Shown here piece after piece: positions 35,615 through 46,543 of a stretch of DNA of 64,000 nucleotides (positions within the stretch are counted from its first letter, which is position 1; every line of letters starts with the position of its first letter). The notes under the pieces are model-generated. The model saw only the letters and a list, made by a program, of their open reading frames with translations, searched no databases and was not told the origin of the DNA. Source of the DNA: Candidatus Palauibacter sp. (GTDB lineage Bacteria > Gemmatimonadota > Gemmatimonadetes > Palauibacterales > Palauibacteraceae); contig NZ_CBDBZT010000003.1 in the NCBI RefSeq assembly GCF_965213655.1, forward strand, positions 3,022,307 through 3,086,306. The letters run 5' to 3'. A program made the position numbers and the translations under genes.

Positions 35615-36964
35615 GTGGGCCGTCCCCTGGATATCCCTTCTCGATACGTGGTTCGTGAACGTCCGCCGGAGACGACGGGCGAACTCGGGCCGCGCGAGTA
35701 TTGGCCCAGAGTGGCGGACCGTGAGCTCCGGCAGCGTCTCACCCGATCCGGCGCAGTCCTGATCGAGGGCCCCCGGGCCTGTGGCAAGACGGCCACGGCG
35801 AGGCAGGTAGTGGCCAGCCGCGTGATGCTGGATGCCGACGCTTCCGCCCGTCGAGCCGCCGCCGTCGACCCCGGCTTCCTGCTTCGGGGAGAAGCGCCAC
35901 GTCTCATCGATGAATGGCAGGTCGTCCCTGAAGTCTGGAACCACGTCCGTCACGCCGTCGATGACCGTGCGGGCCGGGGTCACTTCATCCTTACCGGGTC
36001 GGCGGTGCCGCCCGACGACATCACCCGCCATACCGGCGCGGGACGGATCGGCCGCCTGCGTCTCCGTCCGATGTCCCTCCTCGAGTTGAAGCGCTCGACC
36101 GGCGCAGTTGCCCTGTCGAAGCTCCTGGCGGGAAACCCGATCTCCCCCTCCGCAGCTGAGTTGACCGTGGCCGATCTTGCGGCACTAGTTTGCGCGGGGG
36201 GCTGGCCGGGCCACCTGGGCTCGGCGCCCGGTGAGTCGCCGCTCTCCCTCGAGGATGCGATGGCCGAGAATCGCGACTACGTCGGGGAAGTTTGCCGGGT
36301 CGACGTCCGTCGCGTGGATGGGCGCGACAAGGACCCGGCCAGAGTGGGGCGTTTTCTTCAATCGCTGGCGCGGAACGTCTCTACCAATGCGAGCGTGGCG
36401 ACTCTCGTCCGGGACTCGGGCGGCTCCGATCCTCCCCTCGTCAACCATACGGCCGGATCCTACATGAACGCGCTCACGCGCCTGATGGTGGTGGAGGATC
36501 AGCCCCCTTGGGCGCCGCACTTGCGGTCGCGGTCGCGGCTAAGAGTCACGCCCAAACGTCACTTCGTCGATCCCTCGCTAGCCGTCGCGGCCCTGAGTGC
36601 GACCCCCGAACACCTGCTCCACGACTTCGAGTGGTTCGGCTTCCTGTTCGAGTCCATGGTCGTGCGGGACCTGCGCGTATACGCCCAGGCGGCCGAGGCC
36701 CGCGTCTTTCACTACCGCGACAACACGGGATTGGAAGTGGATGCGGTGGTAGACGCCGGACCGGGACGGTGGGCCGCGTTCGAAATCAAGCTCGGCACGG
36801 GCCGCATTGACGATGGCGCGCGGACCCTCCTCAAGTTCGCCGACCGCGTAGATACGGAACGGTGCGGCGAGCCCGCGACGCTTGGGGTGATTGTCGGCAG
36901 TGGGTACGCGTACACCCGTCCGGATGGCGTGGGCGTGATCCCCGTGGGGGCTCTCGGACCGTAG
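35615..36964 (+). CDS. AAA+ ATPase with DUF4143-type C-terminal domain
   Basis: GTG start with a GGGAGGA Shine-Dalgarno 7 nt upstream. Walker A GPRACGKTATARQ, Walker B-like LIDEWQ. Paralog of the gene at 42041..43213. Confidence 0.7.
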   Translation: MGRPLDIPSRYVVRERPPETTGELGPREYWPRVADRELRQRLTRSGAVLIEGPRACGKTATARQVVASRVMLDADASARRAAAVDPGFLLRGEAPRLIDEWQVVPEVWNHVRHAVDDRAGRGHFILTGSAVPPDDITRHTGAGRIGRLRLRPMSLLELKRSTGAVALSKLLAGNPISPSAAELTVADLAALVCAGGWPGHLGSAPGESPLSLEDAMAENRDYVGEVCRVDVRRVDGRDKDPARVGRFLQSLARNVSTNASVATLVRDSGGSDPPLVNHTAGSYMNALTRLMVVEDQPPWAPHLRSRSRLRVTPKRHFVDPSLAVAALSATPEHLLHDFEWFGFLFESMVVRDLRVYAQAAEARVFHYRDNTGLEVDAVVDAGPGRWAAFEIKLGTGRIDDGARTLLKFADRVDTERCGEPATLGVIVGSGYAYTRPDGVGVIPVGALGP

Positions 36965-37148
36965 AAGAGCGAAGACGGCTCAACGGGCCTCGATGAAGAG
37001 GTCGGCGATCTCGTAGATCACGTCTCCGAAGACGAGTGCGCCGCCCTGCGGATACCCGATGTCGGCGATGTTCGCGGCGACGGCGATGGCCACCCCGTCA
37101 TCCGGGTAGATCATGAGCAGCGCGTTGACGCCAGCAGTCCCTGGGGAG

Positions 37149-38396
37149 TCAGTTCACGTCACGCGGGAGTCGCTTCACGATCACCGTCTGGACATCGAAC
37201 CCGTCCCGTTCGATGAACGCGGCCAGGCCCTCGGGTCCGAAGGCATCCGGGATTCGCGTCGCCCCGGTGCGAAAGCTCCCCAGGTAGCTGCCGTCGGCCG
37301 TGAGGATGTCGATGGGGCCGTCTTCGTGAGGCTCCTCGCCGCGGCGCTGGACCCAGATCCGGCCTCCCCAGCTGGTGCCGAGCCCGCGCACCACCGGTAC
37401 CTCCTCAAGAAACTCGATGGTCTCGGCCCGTTCGACCCAGCGGTTGCTCCCGCCACCCCCGACCGCGCGCACTCCACCAGGGGTCCGGGTGACGGAACCT
37501 CCTCCCGCCTCGGCGATTCTCCGGTCCCTTTCCGCTCTCTCAATGCGTTCGGTAACAGCTTCGGGGAAGAACGGTCGCGTGAGAATGTGGGAAACTCCGT
37601 CTTCTGCGCTTGCGATCTTGATTGCGTAGGCAGTGGAATCGGAGAATGCGACCTTCCCGCCGGGAAGCGGGCCCACCCAAAGGCCCGGCTCAAAGGCGCG
37701 ACGCTCGTCCGCCTCTCCGCGTGGTGGACGCCATCCCTCCGCGATCGTCTCCCGAAGCACGTCGTCCCCGGTGAGAATCAGCCGTGCGATCGGACGCGTG
37801 AGCGGACGGGGAGTCCGCTCCGGTCCCCCCAAATACGACGCGCCGGCGAGTTGCGTACCCACGACGACAGACTCGCCGCCGCTCTCGGGCCACATCCAGA
37901 AGAACGATACGCGGGCTGGATCGCCATCCGGGCGAACCTGGCGTTCAAATCCTCCGTCCGGGTCAAATACCAGATACGCGCGCTGCCTGGAATCACCGAC
38001 AACGATCCGACCGTCACGCATGACGGCCATCGTCGTTGCGCCTCCAAATTCGCCCGGTCCTTCGCCAAGTCGGCCGACCACTTGGAGGAGCCCCCCACCG
38101 GGTGTCACAACGATGACGCGACCGGCCAGAGCATCGAGAACGTAGAGATTCCCGGCCCCATCGAACGCTACCGTACGGACTCTCCCGAACTCCTGCCACG
38201 GCTCTCCATCGGCAGCCCCGACCCGGTAGACCTCCTGGAAGTCGGCCTCGAGCCAGCAGTCCTCGCCCGGGAGTTCGATGATCTCCTGAGCGCCCGCCCG
38301 GCCCGGTGCCGACAGCAATCCGATCGCAGCGACGCAGGCGCCAAGCCCCCCTGCTCTGAACTGATCTTTCACAAGCCTCACCGCCTCCGCAGACAT
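37149..38396 (-). CDS. secreted NHL-repeat / six-bladed beta-propeller protein
   Basis: Signal peptide. Repeated GNLYVLD / GRIVVGD blade motifs. 415 aa. Confidence 0.6.
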   Translation of the reverse strand: MSAEAVRLVKDQFRAGGLGACVAAIGLLSAPGRAGAQEIIELPGEDCWLEADFQEVYRVGAADGEPWQEFGRVRTVAFDGAGNLYVLDALAGRVIVVTPGGGLLQVVGRLGEGPGEFGGATTMAVMRDGRIVVGDSRQRAYLVFDPDGGFERQVRPDGDPARVSFFWMWPESGGESVVVGTQLAGASYLGGPERTPRPLTRPIARLILTGDDVLRETIAEGWRPPRGEADERRAFEPGLWVGPLPGGKVAFSDSTAYAIKIASAEDGVSHILTRPFFPEAVTERIERAERDRRIAEAGGGSVTRTPGGVRAVGGGGSNRWVERAETIEFLEEVPVVRGLGTSWGGRIWVQRRGEEPHEDGPIDILTADGSYLGSFRTGATRIPDAFGPEGLAAFIERDGFDVQTVIVKRLPRDVN

Positions 38397-38584
38397 CAGT
38401 TGACCGTGTGCGGGAGTCGCTTCACGATCACCGTCTGGACATCGAGTTCGTCCCGCTCAATGAAAGCTGCCAGCCCTTCGGGTCCGAAGGCGTCTGGAAG
38501 CTGCGTTGCTCCGGTGCGGTAGCTGCCGAGGTAGCGGCCGACCTCGCGCTTCCAGCCCGGCATGGCCGCGAGGTACGCCTGCAC
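38396..38584 (-). repeat. direct duplicate of the last 140-190 bp (C-terminal roughly 45 codons) of the beta-propeller gene; truncated paralog remnant
   Basis: DNA at 38396-38540 is near-identical to 37149-37290 (gggagtcgcttcacgatcaccgtctggacatcga...). Encodes ..[40 protein letters not shown], compared with ..[40 protein letters not shown]. Confidence 0.7.
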
Positions 38585-38651
38585 GGGCGCGTCCCCGTCA
38601 CCCTTCGGAATCTGGGGATTGCCGCCGGAGAGAAGTCTCGCGACCAGACCG

Positions 38652-40145
38652 CTATTCCTCCGTCCGCGCGAACCTCAGGTTCCTGACTCGTCCCGCGTCG
38701 ACTATCATCGCCTCGTAACGGTCGTCGACGAGTTCGGAGAAGCGGAGCGTCGGCCCGTCCTCGGTCGTGAGCTGCCAGTCCGACTCGGCCACGAGCGCGA
38801 CCGGGTCCCACCGACCGAGATGCAGCGTTAGCCCGGCCGCGCCTTCCGCCACGATCCGATAGGTCGCGTCCAACTCGGGGCTGTAGAAGGATCCGGCGTA
38901 GCGCGTGCGATTCGGAATGTCATGGTCGGATGGAGCCTCCGCAGCATCCTCGCCCCCCGCGATCTCCTCCGTCGTCTGCTCCTCCTCCGCCTCGCCCTCC
39001 GCGACCTCCTCGGGCGGGTCCATCGCGTCTTCCAGATAGATCTCGGCCGTGCTCCTGATGAGGGCCGCGGGATCGATCCGTGATCGGTTGCACAGGGCCA
39101 CGAACGAGTATCCGGTGTCGGGATAGCGAGTCATAGCCGTCCGGTAACCGACCCACGAGCCGCTGTGCCCGACCGTGGCCAGCCCCCGGTCCTCGCCGTG
39201 GGAGAGGCCGAAGGCGTAGGGAATCGTGTCGCCGGAGGTGAGCACGGTCCGCTCGTGCATGAGCGCCACCCACTCGAGCCCGCCGACCGTGCCCTCGGTC
39301 AGGTTGCGGTCCCACGTGGTCCACTCCTCCACCGACGTGTAGATGCCGCCGTCTCCGACCACGTCGAGCGTCGTCATGTTGATCCGGAAGCCGTCATCGG
39401 TCGGCGAATAGCCGGTCGCGCGGTTGGGGACGACCTCGTTGTGGTCGTCGTGGAAGTGCGTGTGCGGCATCCCCAGAGGGTCGAAGAACTCGGCCTTGGC
39501 GAACTTCCGCAGGCTCTGTCCCGTGACCCTGGCCACGATCTCGCCGAGCAGGACGTAGCCGGAGTTGCTGTACAGGTACTGGGAGCCCGGAGGAAAGTTG
39601 AGTTCGCGCTGCCGGTTGATCGCGTCGAGGATGTCCTCATTGGTGATGAAGTCCTCGCTCCGGTTCCCCGCCAGGTAGAAGAGCCCGAGGTAGTCACGCA
39701 CGCCGGAGGTGTGGTGGACGAGGTGCCTGACCGTGGGAGGGTCGGTGTAGTCGGGGAATTCGGGGATGTAGCGCTGGACGGGCGCGTCCAGATCGACCTC
39801 TCCCCGGAGGGCGAGCAGCGCGATCGCGCCGGCCGTGAACTGCTTGGAGACCGATGCGATGCGGTAGATGGTCCCGGGGCCGTTCGGGATGCCGTACTCG
39901 AGGTTGGCGGAGCCGTAGCCGACGGCGTGGACCAGACGGCCGTCCCGGATCACACCCACGGAGCAGCCGGGGCCGTCGGCGCCGGCGTAGTCGGCGAAGA
40001 CGGCGTCGACCCGGGCGGCCATCCCGCCGTCGCTATCGGGGGCGCACCCCGCGAGCGCGCGGCCCAGGGCTGCCGCGACCAGGAGCGCGGCGACCGCGGC
40101 CGGGCCGATCCGCCGAAGGTCGTCGCTCCGCGGGCGTGTGCTCAT
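38652..40145 (-). CDS. class C beta-lactamase-fold serine hydrolase (lipoprotein) with a C-terminal extension
   Basis: Lipobox LAGC, SVSK (S-x-x-K) motif. 497 aa. Confidence 0.7.
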   Translation of the reverse strand: MSTRPRSDDLRRIGPAAVAALLVAAALGRALAGCAPDSDGGMAARVDAVFADYAGADGPGCSVGVIRDGRLVHAVGYGSANLEYGIPNGPGTIYRIASVSKQFTAGAIALLALRGEVDLDAPVQRYIPEFPDYTDPPTVRHLVHHTSGVRDYLGLFYLAGNRSEDFITNEDILDAINRQRELNFPPGSQYLYSNSGYVLLGEIVARVTGQSLRKFAKAEFFDPLGMPHTHFHDDHNEVVPNRATGYSPTDDGFRINMTTLDVVGDGGIYTSVEEWTTWDRNLTEGTVGGLEWVALMHERTVLTSGDTIPYAFGLSHGEDRGLATVGHSGSWVGYRTAMTRYPDTGYSFVALCNRSRIDPAALIRSTAEIYLEDAMDPPEEVAEGEAEEEQTTEEIAGGEDAAEAPSDHDIPNRTRYAGSFYSPELDATYRIVAEGAAGLTLHLGRWDPVALVAESDWQLTTEDGPTLRFSELVDDRYEAMIVDAGRVRNLRFARTEE

Positions 40146-40690
40146 GACGGCGTCCTCGGCGCGAGGCTGAACGGTTCACGCGCGAACACGCGGCGGACCA
40201 TGGGCTCGAAGAACTCCAGCGGTAGGGAATCGTAGTCGGGATCGAACGAGCACTGGTCCCAGCGGTGACAGAAGTCCACGGCGTCCTGATACCAGGCGTG
40301 GTCGCGGTACTTGTCGCGTGCGTTGGGGTCGCCGCCCACGTGGTGGGCATAGTAGACGCGCTGGAAGAGGCCGTGGTGCCGGACGACCCAGTGCGTGCGC
40401 TCGGTCACGAAGGGGCGCAGCAGGAGCGCGGCCAACTCCCCGTGGCTGTGCGGGGCGAGGAGGTCATCAATGTCGTGCAGGAGCGCCGCCACCACCATCT
40501 CCTCGTCCGCGCCGTCGCGGTGGGCGCGGGTCGCGCTCTGAAGGGAGTGCTCCAGCCGGTCGACCTTGTAGCCGCCCATGGAGCCGGACAACTCGCGGAG
40601 GTGCGCCAGCACGCGGTCGGCGGTCCCCGCGGCGAACTCCTCCTCAAGGCCCGCAAGCATCTCGTAGTCCTCGCGGGTGCCGTCCGCCAT
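40142..40690 (-). CDS. HD-domain phosphohydrolase
   Basis: Internal start MADGTREDYEM. HD motif ..AALLHDIDD.. The N-terminal extension in the track looks spurious. Confidence 0.55.
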   Translation of the reverse strand: MADGTREDYEMLAGLEEEFAAGTADRVLAHLRELSGSMGGYKVDRLEHSLQSATRAHRDGADEEMVVAALLHDIDDLLAPHSHGELAALLLRPFVTERTHWVVRHHGLFQRVYYAHHVGGDPNARDKYRDHAWYQDAVDFCHRWDQCSFDPDYDSLPLEFFEPMVRRVFAREPFSLAPRTPS

Positions 40691-40890
40691 GCGGGTGAAG
40701 CTCACCACGGGATCGCTCGGCTCTCTGCTGGTCGTCGCCGTACGGGGCATGCCGGTCACACTCCCGGTGAGGGCTCTTCGGGGGGCTCTTCGCCGGGCAG
40801 CGTCGGCAGCGGCGCAGGGCATTGTCAAGGGCGCTCGATACCCGGTAGCGTTCGCTACCAGCCGGTCACAACGGAGGGAGGGGATCGACC

Positions 40891-41999
40891 ATGCATCACT
40901 CGATCAGCAGCCTCGCGCGGAATGCGGACGCCCTGACGGCAGTCTGGAGCGGTGGCGAACGGACCGATCTTCCCTACCTCTGGCTGCGCGACAACTGCGG
41001 CTGCGGCGAGTGCTGCGTCGAGCAGACGACGGAGAAGCGGTTCCACATCTTCCACGTCCCGAGCGACCTGAGACCGTCGACGTCGAGGGTGCCGGCTCCG
41101 AGGACGAGGCGATCTCCATCGCCTGGCCGGACGGACACCGCACCCGCTACCGGTCGAGCCAGATCCACGCCCTCCTGAGCCCGCCCCGTCCCGGCTTGCA
41201 GTACTGGGACGGCCGTTTCCAGCCACGGAGGTTCGACTATCAGCGGTTCCTGGCGAGCGACCGCGCGGCGGCGGAACTGATCGAGGAGTTTCTCCGCACC
41301 GGGGTCTGCGTGCTCGTCGACGCTCCCACCGAACCGGATTCGCTGGAGCATCTCGCGCCCCGTCTGGGCCCGGTCCGCGAGGTGTTGTTCGAGCGCATCC
41401 ACAACGTCAAGCTCGATCCGAAGGGATACAACATCGCGCACACGGCCCTGGCCGTCGGAGTGCACAACGACTTCACCAGCTACACGTGGCCCCCGAGCGT
41501 GCAGGCGCTCCACATGCTGGTGAACGAGTGCGAGGGTGGCGCGTCGACCGTCGTGGACGGCTTCGGCGTGCTCGAGGCGCTACGGAGCGAGCACCCCGAC
41601 AAGTTCGACGTGCTGTGCGCGGTGCCGGTGCCGTTCCGCATCTTCAGCGACGAATACGAGTGCTATGCGGCCAACCCCATGGTCGACCTGGACAGCGACG
41701 GCGAGATCAGCATGATTCGCTTCAACACCGCTCAGATGCAGGCCATTCCCCTGTCGGAGCCCCGGCTGGGCGAGTTCTACGGCGCCTACCACGAACTGTC
41801 GCGTCGCGTCAACGATCCCGCCGCCCAGGCCCAACTCCGCCTGGAGGGCGGGATGATCCTCCTGTGCGCCGGACACCGGGTCCTGCATGGCCGCACCGAG
41901 ATGGTCTCGTCCGGAGCGCGCCACCTGCAGGACGCCTACTTCGAGCACGACAACGTCCGCACCCACCTGAGGCTGCTGCGCCGCACCAGCCGGATCTGA
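40891..41999 (+). CDS. gamma-butyrobetaine-hydroxylase-like Fe(II)/2-oxoglutarate dioxygenase (DUF971 plus TauD fold) with an apparent 1-nt frame disruption near 41075
   Basis: WLRDNCGCGECCVEQTTEKRFHIFHVPSDLRP is in one frame (track 40891..41178). TVDVEGAGSEDEAISIAWPDGHRTRY.. and the whole TauD-like body are in the adjacent frame (track 40677..41999). Confidence 0.65.
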
Positions 42000-42040
42000 G
42001 CGCCGGGATCAGGCCGATTCGGCGTCAAGCCAATTCGGGG

Positions 42041-43213
42041 TCAGGAAAATTCAGCGCGGACTTCGCTCAGCGGGACAGCTTCGATGTCCCGACCGAGCGA
42101 GAACCTCTCCAGACCCGGGTAGACGACGAGCTTGCGGGCAGGCCGCAGGTCCTCACAGGCGCTGTGGAAACCACGCGATATCCTGGGTGCGGTACTTCGC
42201 TTGATTTCCACCGCCCAGATCTCACCCGCACCAGCCTCGATGACGAGATCGACCTCCGCTCCGCCCACGGTCCGGTAGTAGCCGAGCGAGGCGTGCGCCG
42301 GAAGGGCGCTCGCGATGTTCTCGATAACCAGCCCTTCCCAGCTGCTTCCGGCCACGGGATGTCCCAGGAGAGAGTCCAGCGATTCGATTCCGAGAAGAGC
42401 GTGACAGACTCCGCTGTCCCGCAGGTACGTCTTGGGAGCCTTCACGAGTCGCCGGCCCAGATTCCCCCGCCATGAGACCAGCCGCCTCACCAGCAACAGG
42501 TCGACCATCAGGTCCAGATAACGGGCGACGGTCACGCCGCTGAGGCTCAGAGACTTGGCCAGACCCGCGGCATTGAACGTCTGTCCCTGGTTGTGGGCGA
42601 GCATCGTCCAGAAGCGCCGGAGCGTCTCACTCGGGATCCGCGGGCCCAGGGCCGGAATATCGCGTTCGAGATAGGTCTGAATGAAATCGAGCCGCCACTC
42701 GAAGCTGTCCGCGTCGTCTCCCGCCTCCAGGCTTTCCGGGAATCCGCCGCGAGACCACAGATCGTCAAGGCGCTCCGCGCCAACCTCCCCCACATTCAGC
42801 GATGTCATTTCGCAGTACGCCACACGTCCGGCAAGGGTCTCGCCGGACTGCCGGAGCAGGTCAATGGAGGCCGAACCGAGGAAGAGAAAGTGACCCGTGC
42901 GGCGGCCGTCCCGGCGGCGCCGGTCGATGACGCCGCGGAGCGGCTCGAAGAGACCCGGTACCCGCTGAATCTCGTCGAAGACGACCAGCCGCTCAGCGTT
43001 CCGGCGGCAGTACGCGTCGACATCGGCCAGCTTGGCCCGATCCGAGGGTCGCTCCAGGTCGAGGTAGGCGGCGCCCCGCTCACGTGCGATATCGAGGGCC
43101 AGGGTTGTCTTGCCCACCTGCCGCGGCCCGGTTAGCACAACAGCCGGGGCCCGCGCCAGCAGGCGCTCTACCCGCAACTTGCTCTCGCGTGGGATTATTC
43201 GCATCATAACCAT
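42041..43213 (-). CDS. AAA+ ATPase with DUF4143-type C-terminal domain
   Basis: Walker A GPRQVGKTTLAL, Walker B VVFDEIQ. 390 aa. Confidence 0.7.
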   Translation of the reverse strand: MVMMRIIPRESKLRVERLLARAPAVVLTGPRQVGKTTLALDIARERGAAYLDLERPSDRAKLADVDAYCRRNAERLVVFDEIQRVPGLFEPLRGVIDRRRRDGRRTGHFLFLGSASIDLLRQSGETLAGRVAYCEMTSLNVGEVGAERLDDLWSRGGFPESLEAGDDADSFEWRLDFIQTYLERDIPALGPRIPSETLRRFWTMLAHNQGQTFNAAGLAKSLSLSGVTVARYLDLMVDLLLVRRLVSWRGNLGRRLVKAPKTYLRDSGVCHALLGIESLDSLLGHPVAGSSWEGLVIENIASALPAHASLGYYRTVGGAEVDLVIEAGAGEIWAVEIKRSTAPRISRGFHSACEDLRPARKLVVYPGLERFSLGRDIEAVPLSEVRAEFS

Positions 43214-43284
43214 GCAAATCTAATACGCCATGTAAGATTTGTCAGGTTGTTGAGGCTCCGCTACAGAAGGAGGATCGAGGCCCC

Positions 43285-44010
43285 TTGGAGGAGATGAGCC
43301 AAGCTCTGGTCTCGGCGCGCTGGGACGCGGAGTACCGCGAGGGGAGATACGCCGGAGAGCCCCCCCTGCCTTTCGTAGATAGAATCCTCGCCACGATACA
43401 TGCCAGTTCGATGGCCGAGCGCAGGGGGCTCTACATCGGGTGCGGAAACGGTCGGAACTATCTTCCGCTCGTACGATCGGGACTTCATCTCTACGGACTG
43501 GATCTGTCTGCCGAAGCGCTTCGCCAGTTAGCTGCCCGGGAGCCTGCACTGGCCAAGCGCCTGATCTGCACGGACTTCCGGACGTTCGTCAGCCGATGCC
43601 GCTTCAGCTACGTCATCGCGATTCAGGTGTTTCAGCACGGCGTTGCCGCCGATGTCGCCGGGTACTTCGCGGGCGTCGGGTCCCTCCTGTCTCCCGGTGG
43701 CCTCTTCTTCCTCCGGGTCAACGCCGCATCGACTCAGGTACGTCGACCCCATACGGTCATTGAGCGGAATGATTCCGGCGGGTTCACGATCCGCTATGAG
43801 TCAGGTCCCAAGCAGGGTCTTCCTGTCCATTTTCTTACGCGCGACGAACTGCACACGCTGACACGCAATGACTTTGCTGTCGTAGCGGAACCCCGCGAGG
43901 GCGTGGCCGTGCGCACGCCACCCGAGACAGGTCACTGGGTGCAGTGGGAAGCGATATGGAAGCGCCTTGACGGCAAATCCGCATGGAGAGGACGGCGAAA
44001 TGGGCCCTGA
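43285..44010 (+). CDS. class I SAM-dependent methyltransferase
   Basis: Motif I LYIGCGNGRN. 241 aa. Confidence 0.6.
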   Translation: MEEMSQALVSARWDAEYREGRYAGEPPLPFVDRILATIHASSMAERRGLYIGCGNGRNYLPLVRSGLHLYGLDLSAEALRQLAAREPALAKRLICTDFRTFVSRCRFSYVIAIQVFQHGVAADVAGYFAGVGSLLSPGGLFFLRVNAASTQVRRPHTVIERNDSGGFTIRYESGPKQGLPVHFLTRDELHTLTRNDFAVVAEPREGVAVRTPPETGHWVQWEAIWKRLDGKSAWRGRRNGP

Positions 44011-44881
44011 ACTCTCTCACGATCCGGGAGATGCGCCCGACAACCCCTTTCGGAGGCTGCGTAGCCGAACGCTGATTCCGTGGGTGATCGTCGGCGGCAT
44101 GGGCCTCGGCCTGGTCCTTGCCTTCGCGGGCCCGTCGTCGGCGATGGATCCCCTGGACTCCCCGGTCAGGGCTCTCATCTCCGGCCTCGCCCTCTATGGC
44201 CTCCCTTGGGCGTGGATCGTGTGGGCTTGCCGCAAGGCCGATGTCGATCCGGGCCGGCTCATCGGACGTGTCCCGGCGGGACATAACTGGCTTCCCGCGG
44301 CGGGACTCCTCGCGACCACAGTCATGTTCTCGTTCGGTTGGTCGTTTGTGGCCGGCTACGGCCTGTCGCAGCTCGCGCCGGAGTTCGTTGGGTCGCTGCT
44401 GACGCCGGAGGACGCGGTCGGGGATTCGATCGCCGTCAGCGTCGTGTGGCCGATCCTCCTGATCACGATCATCCCGGTGACGGAAGAGGTTCTCTTCAGG
44501 GGGGTCCTCCTCAACCGCTGGGGAGTGAAGTGGGGAATGGGGACCGGCATCGTCGCGACCGCGGTGATATTCGGGCTCCTGAACCGGTTCGACGCAGTAG
44601 AAGCAACGGTCTTGGGCGTTGTCGCCGCGCTGCTGTATCTGCAGTCTCGTACGCTGATTGTCCCGATCGCCTTCCACGCCGCCCACAACCTGGTTTCCAG
44701 GGTGGTGGGAGACGCTCTCGCGTGGGAAGAGGGGTTGGCTCCCGCCGCCAAGTTCGAGGAGATCGAGGCGATGGCGCTCCCGGGTGTGGCCATGCTGGCC
44801 GTGGCACTCCCCGTGCTCGTCTGGTATATCCGACGCAACTGGCCCTCGCGCGACGCCGGGATCCCCTACATGAGGGAGTAA
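44000..44881 (+). CDS. CPBP-family intramembrane metalloprotease (CAAX protease-like)
   Basis: EEVLFRG and FHAAHN motifs, multiple TM helices. Internal start MGPELSHD overlaps the methyltransferase stop. Confidence 0.7.
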   Translation: MGPELSHDPGDAPDNPFRRLRSRTLIPWVIVGGMGLGLVLAFAGPSSAMDPLDSPVRALISGLALYGLPWAWIVWACRKADVDPGRLIGRVPAGHNWLPAAGLLATTVMFSFGWSFVAGYGLSQLAPEFVGSLLTPEDAVGDSIAVSVVWPILLITIIPVTEEVLFRGVLLNRWGVKWGMGTGIVATAVIFGLLNRFDAVEATVLGVVAALLYLQSRTLIVPIAFHAAHNLVSRVVGDALAWEEGLAPAAKFEEIEAMALPGVAMLAVALPVLVWYIRRNWPSRDAGIPYMRE

Positions 44882-45002
44882 ACTGCCCGTCCCTCCACGA
44901 CCTGCCTGCTGAGCCTCGGCGCCATTCCTGCCGCTGCGTCGTTGCCATTTCCGCCGTTAGATTGATGCCGAACCTGCCGCTGGACCGACCGAAGGAGGGC
45001 CC

Positions 45003-45944
45003 ATGACGACCCCGAGCGATACCACACGCCGCGACTTCCTGATGAGTCTGGCGGGTGCCGGTGCGGTGCTGGCTGCCCCGCGCGCCGTGTTCGGGAACAC
45101 GCTGTCGGCCCAGGAGACGCTTCCCACGCGCCCGATCCCGGGGACCGAAGAGACGCTCCCCATCGTCGGCTTCGGCTCCTCGAAGCCAGTGCTCGAGATC
45201 CCGACCGAAGGGACCGAGCCCGTGGCGGGCGTGATCCGCATGCTCCTCGAGTACGGAGGCCGGGTCGTCGACACCTCGCCGCGCACGCCGGACATCGACG
45301 CCGAGTTCGGCCAGGTCCTCGTGGCGCCGGAGTTCAGCGGCCGCCTCTTCGTCGCGACGAAGATCAACACGGACGGGGAAGCGTCGGGCATCGCACAGAT
45401 GCGTCAGAACCAGGAACTCGTCGCCGGCAGCCGTACCCTGGATCTCCTTCAGGTCGAAAGCATGCGCGACCTGGACGTGCACTGGCCCAACGTGCGCCGC
45501 TGGAAGGACTCGGGAGAGGCGCGCTACATCGGCGTCACCACCTCCAGCATTGCCCAGCACGAGGCGTTCGAGGCGTTCATGAGGACGCAGCCGCTCGACT
45601 TCGTGCAGATGAACTACTCGGTGATGGAGCCGAACGCGGAAGACCGTCTCCTGCCCCTCGCCCAGGACCTGGGGCTGGGCGTCCTCACCAACCGTCCGTT
45701 CATGAACGGCACCTACTTCGGGCGCGTGAGCGGACGCGACCTGCCCGAATGGGCATCCGAGTTCGACTGCGCGAGCTGGGCCCAGTTCTCACTCAAGTAC
45801 ATCCTCGCCCACCCCTCGGTGACGTGCGCCCTCACCGAGACCACGAACCCGGAGCACATGGCAGAGAACATCGAGTCCGCTTTCGGCCGCCTCCCGGACG
45901 AAGCCACGAAGCGGCGCATGCGGGAGCTGGTTCAGGACTTCTGA
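45003..45944 (+). CDS. aldo/keto reductase with a Tat signal peptide
   Basis: TRRDFLMSLAGAGAVLAAPRA twin-arginine motif. AKR-like body. Confidence 0.65.
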   Translation: MTTPSDTTRRDFLMSLAGAGAVLAAPRAVFGNTLSAQETLPTRPIPGTEETLPIVGFGSSKPVLEIPTEGTEPVAGVIRMLLEYGGRVVDTSPRTPDIDAEFGQVLVAPEFSGRLFVATKINTDGEASGIAQMRQNQELVAGSRTLDLLQVESMRDLDVHWPNVRRWKDSGEARYIGVTTSSIAQHEAFEAFMRTQPLDFVQMNYSVMEPNAEDRLLPLAQDLGLGVLTNRPFMNGTYFGRVSGRDLPEWASEFDCASWAQFSLKYILAHPSVTCALTETTNPEHMAENIESAFGRLPDEATKRRMRELVQDF

Positions 45945-46005
45945 CGGTGGAGAGCGTGCCCACACGCCGTCGGTTGCCGGGCGGCGTGTGGAAGCGCCCC
46001 TCCGG

Positions 46006-46419
46006 TTATCGGTGGTATAGCAGCTCCAACCCATGCGCACAGTCAGCTGCAATTCGCAGCGTCGGCCCTACGACGACTGCGAGGTCGGAACAGCCGCCGG
46101 AATCGTAGATGAGCGTCAGACTGTCCCCTGACTGCGTCCACGTACCCGCGAAGTCCTTCGTCATCCCCATTCCCGTGGCCACATTCCGGGCGCTCATGTT
46201 GCCCGAGAACGTGTTCCCGGACCGGATATCCATGAGCGCGGAAGCAACCATGAACTGAGCGCCTCCAACGGAGACCGCGGCCGGAAGGCCTTCCGCGTTC
46301 ACGGTCACCAAGTTGTATGACCCCACGGCATTCGGCGAGGCGAGCGAAGTCGAGGCTTTGGGCTCCGTAACCGAGGAGCACCCGCCCAGCACCAGCGCCA
46401 CCAGAACGATTCGTTTCAT
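46006..46419 (-). CDS. small lipoprotein, hypothetical
   Basis: MKRIVLVALVLGGCSS lipobox. Confidence 0.5.
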   Translation of the reverse strand: MKRIVLVALVLGGCSSVTEPKASTSLASPNAVGSYNLVTVNAEGLPAAVSVGGAQFMVASALMDIRSGNTFSGNMSARNVATGMGMTKDFAGTWTQSGDSLTLIYDSGGCSDLAVVVGPTLRIAADCAHGLELLYHR

Positions 46420-46543
46420 CGTGACCCCCTCCCATGCCAGACCTGTCTTCCGTCTGATACCCCGTGTCGCCGTGGGGAGTTCGAACGAAAGGAGCCGCTC
46501 TTCTCCTCTCAGACGGCGGACGAAGAACGATCGGACCGCAGCC

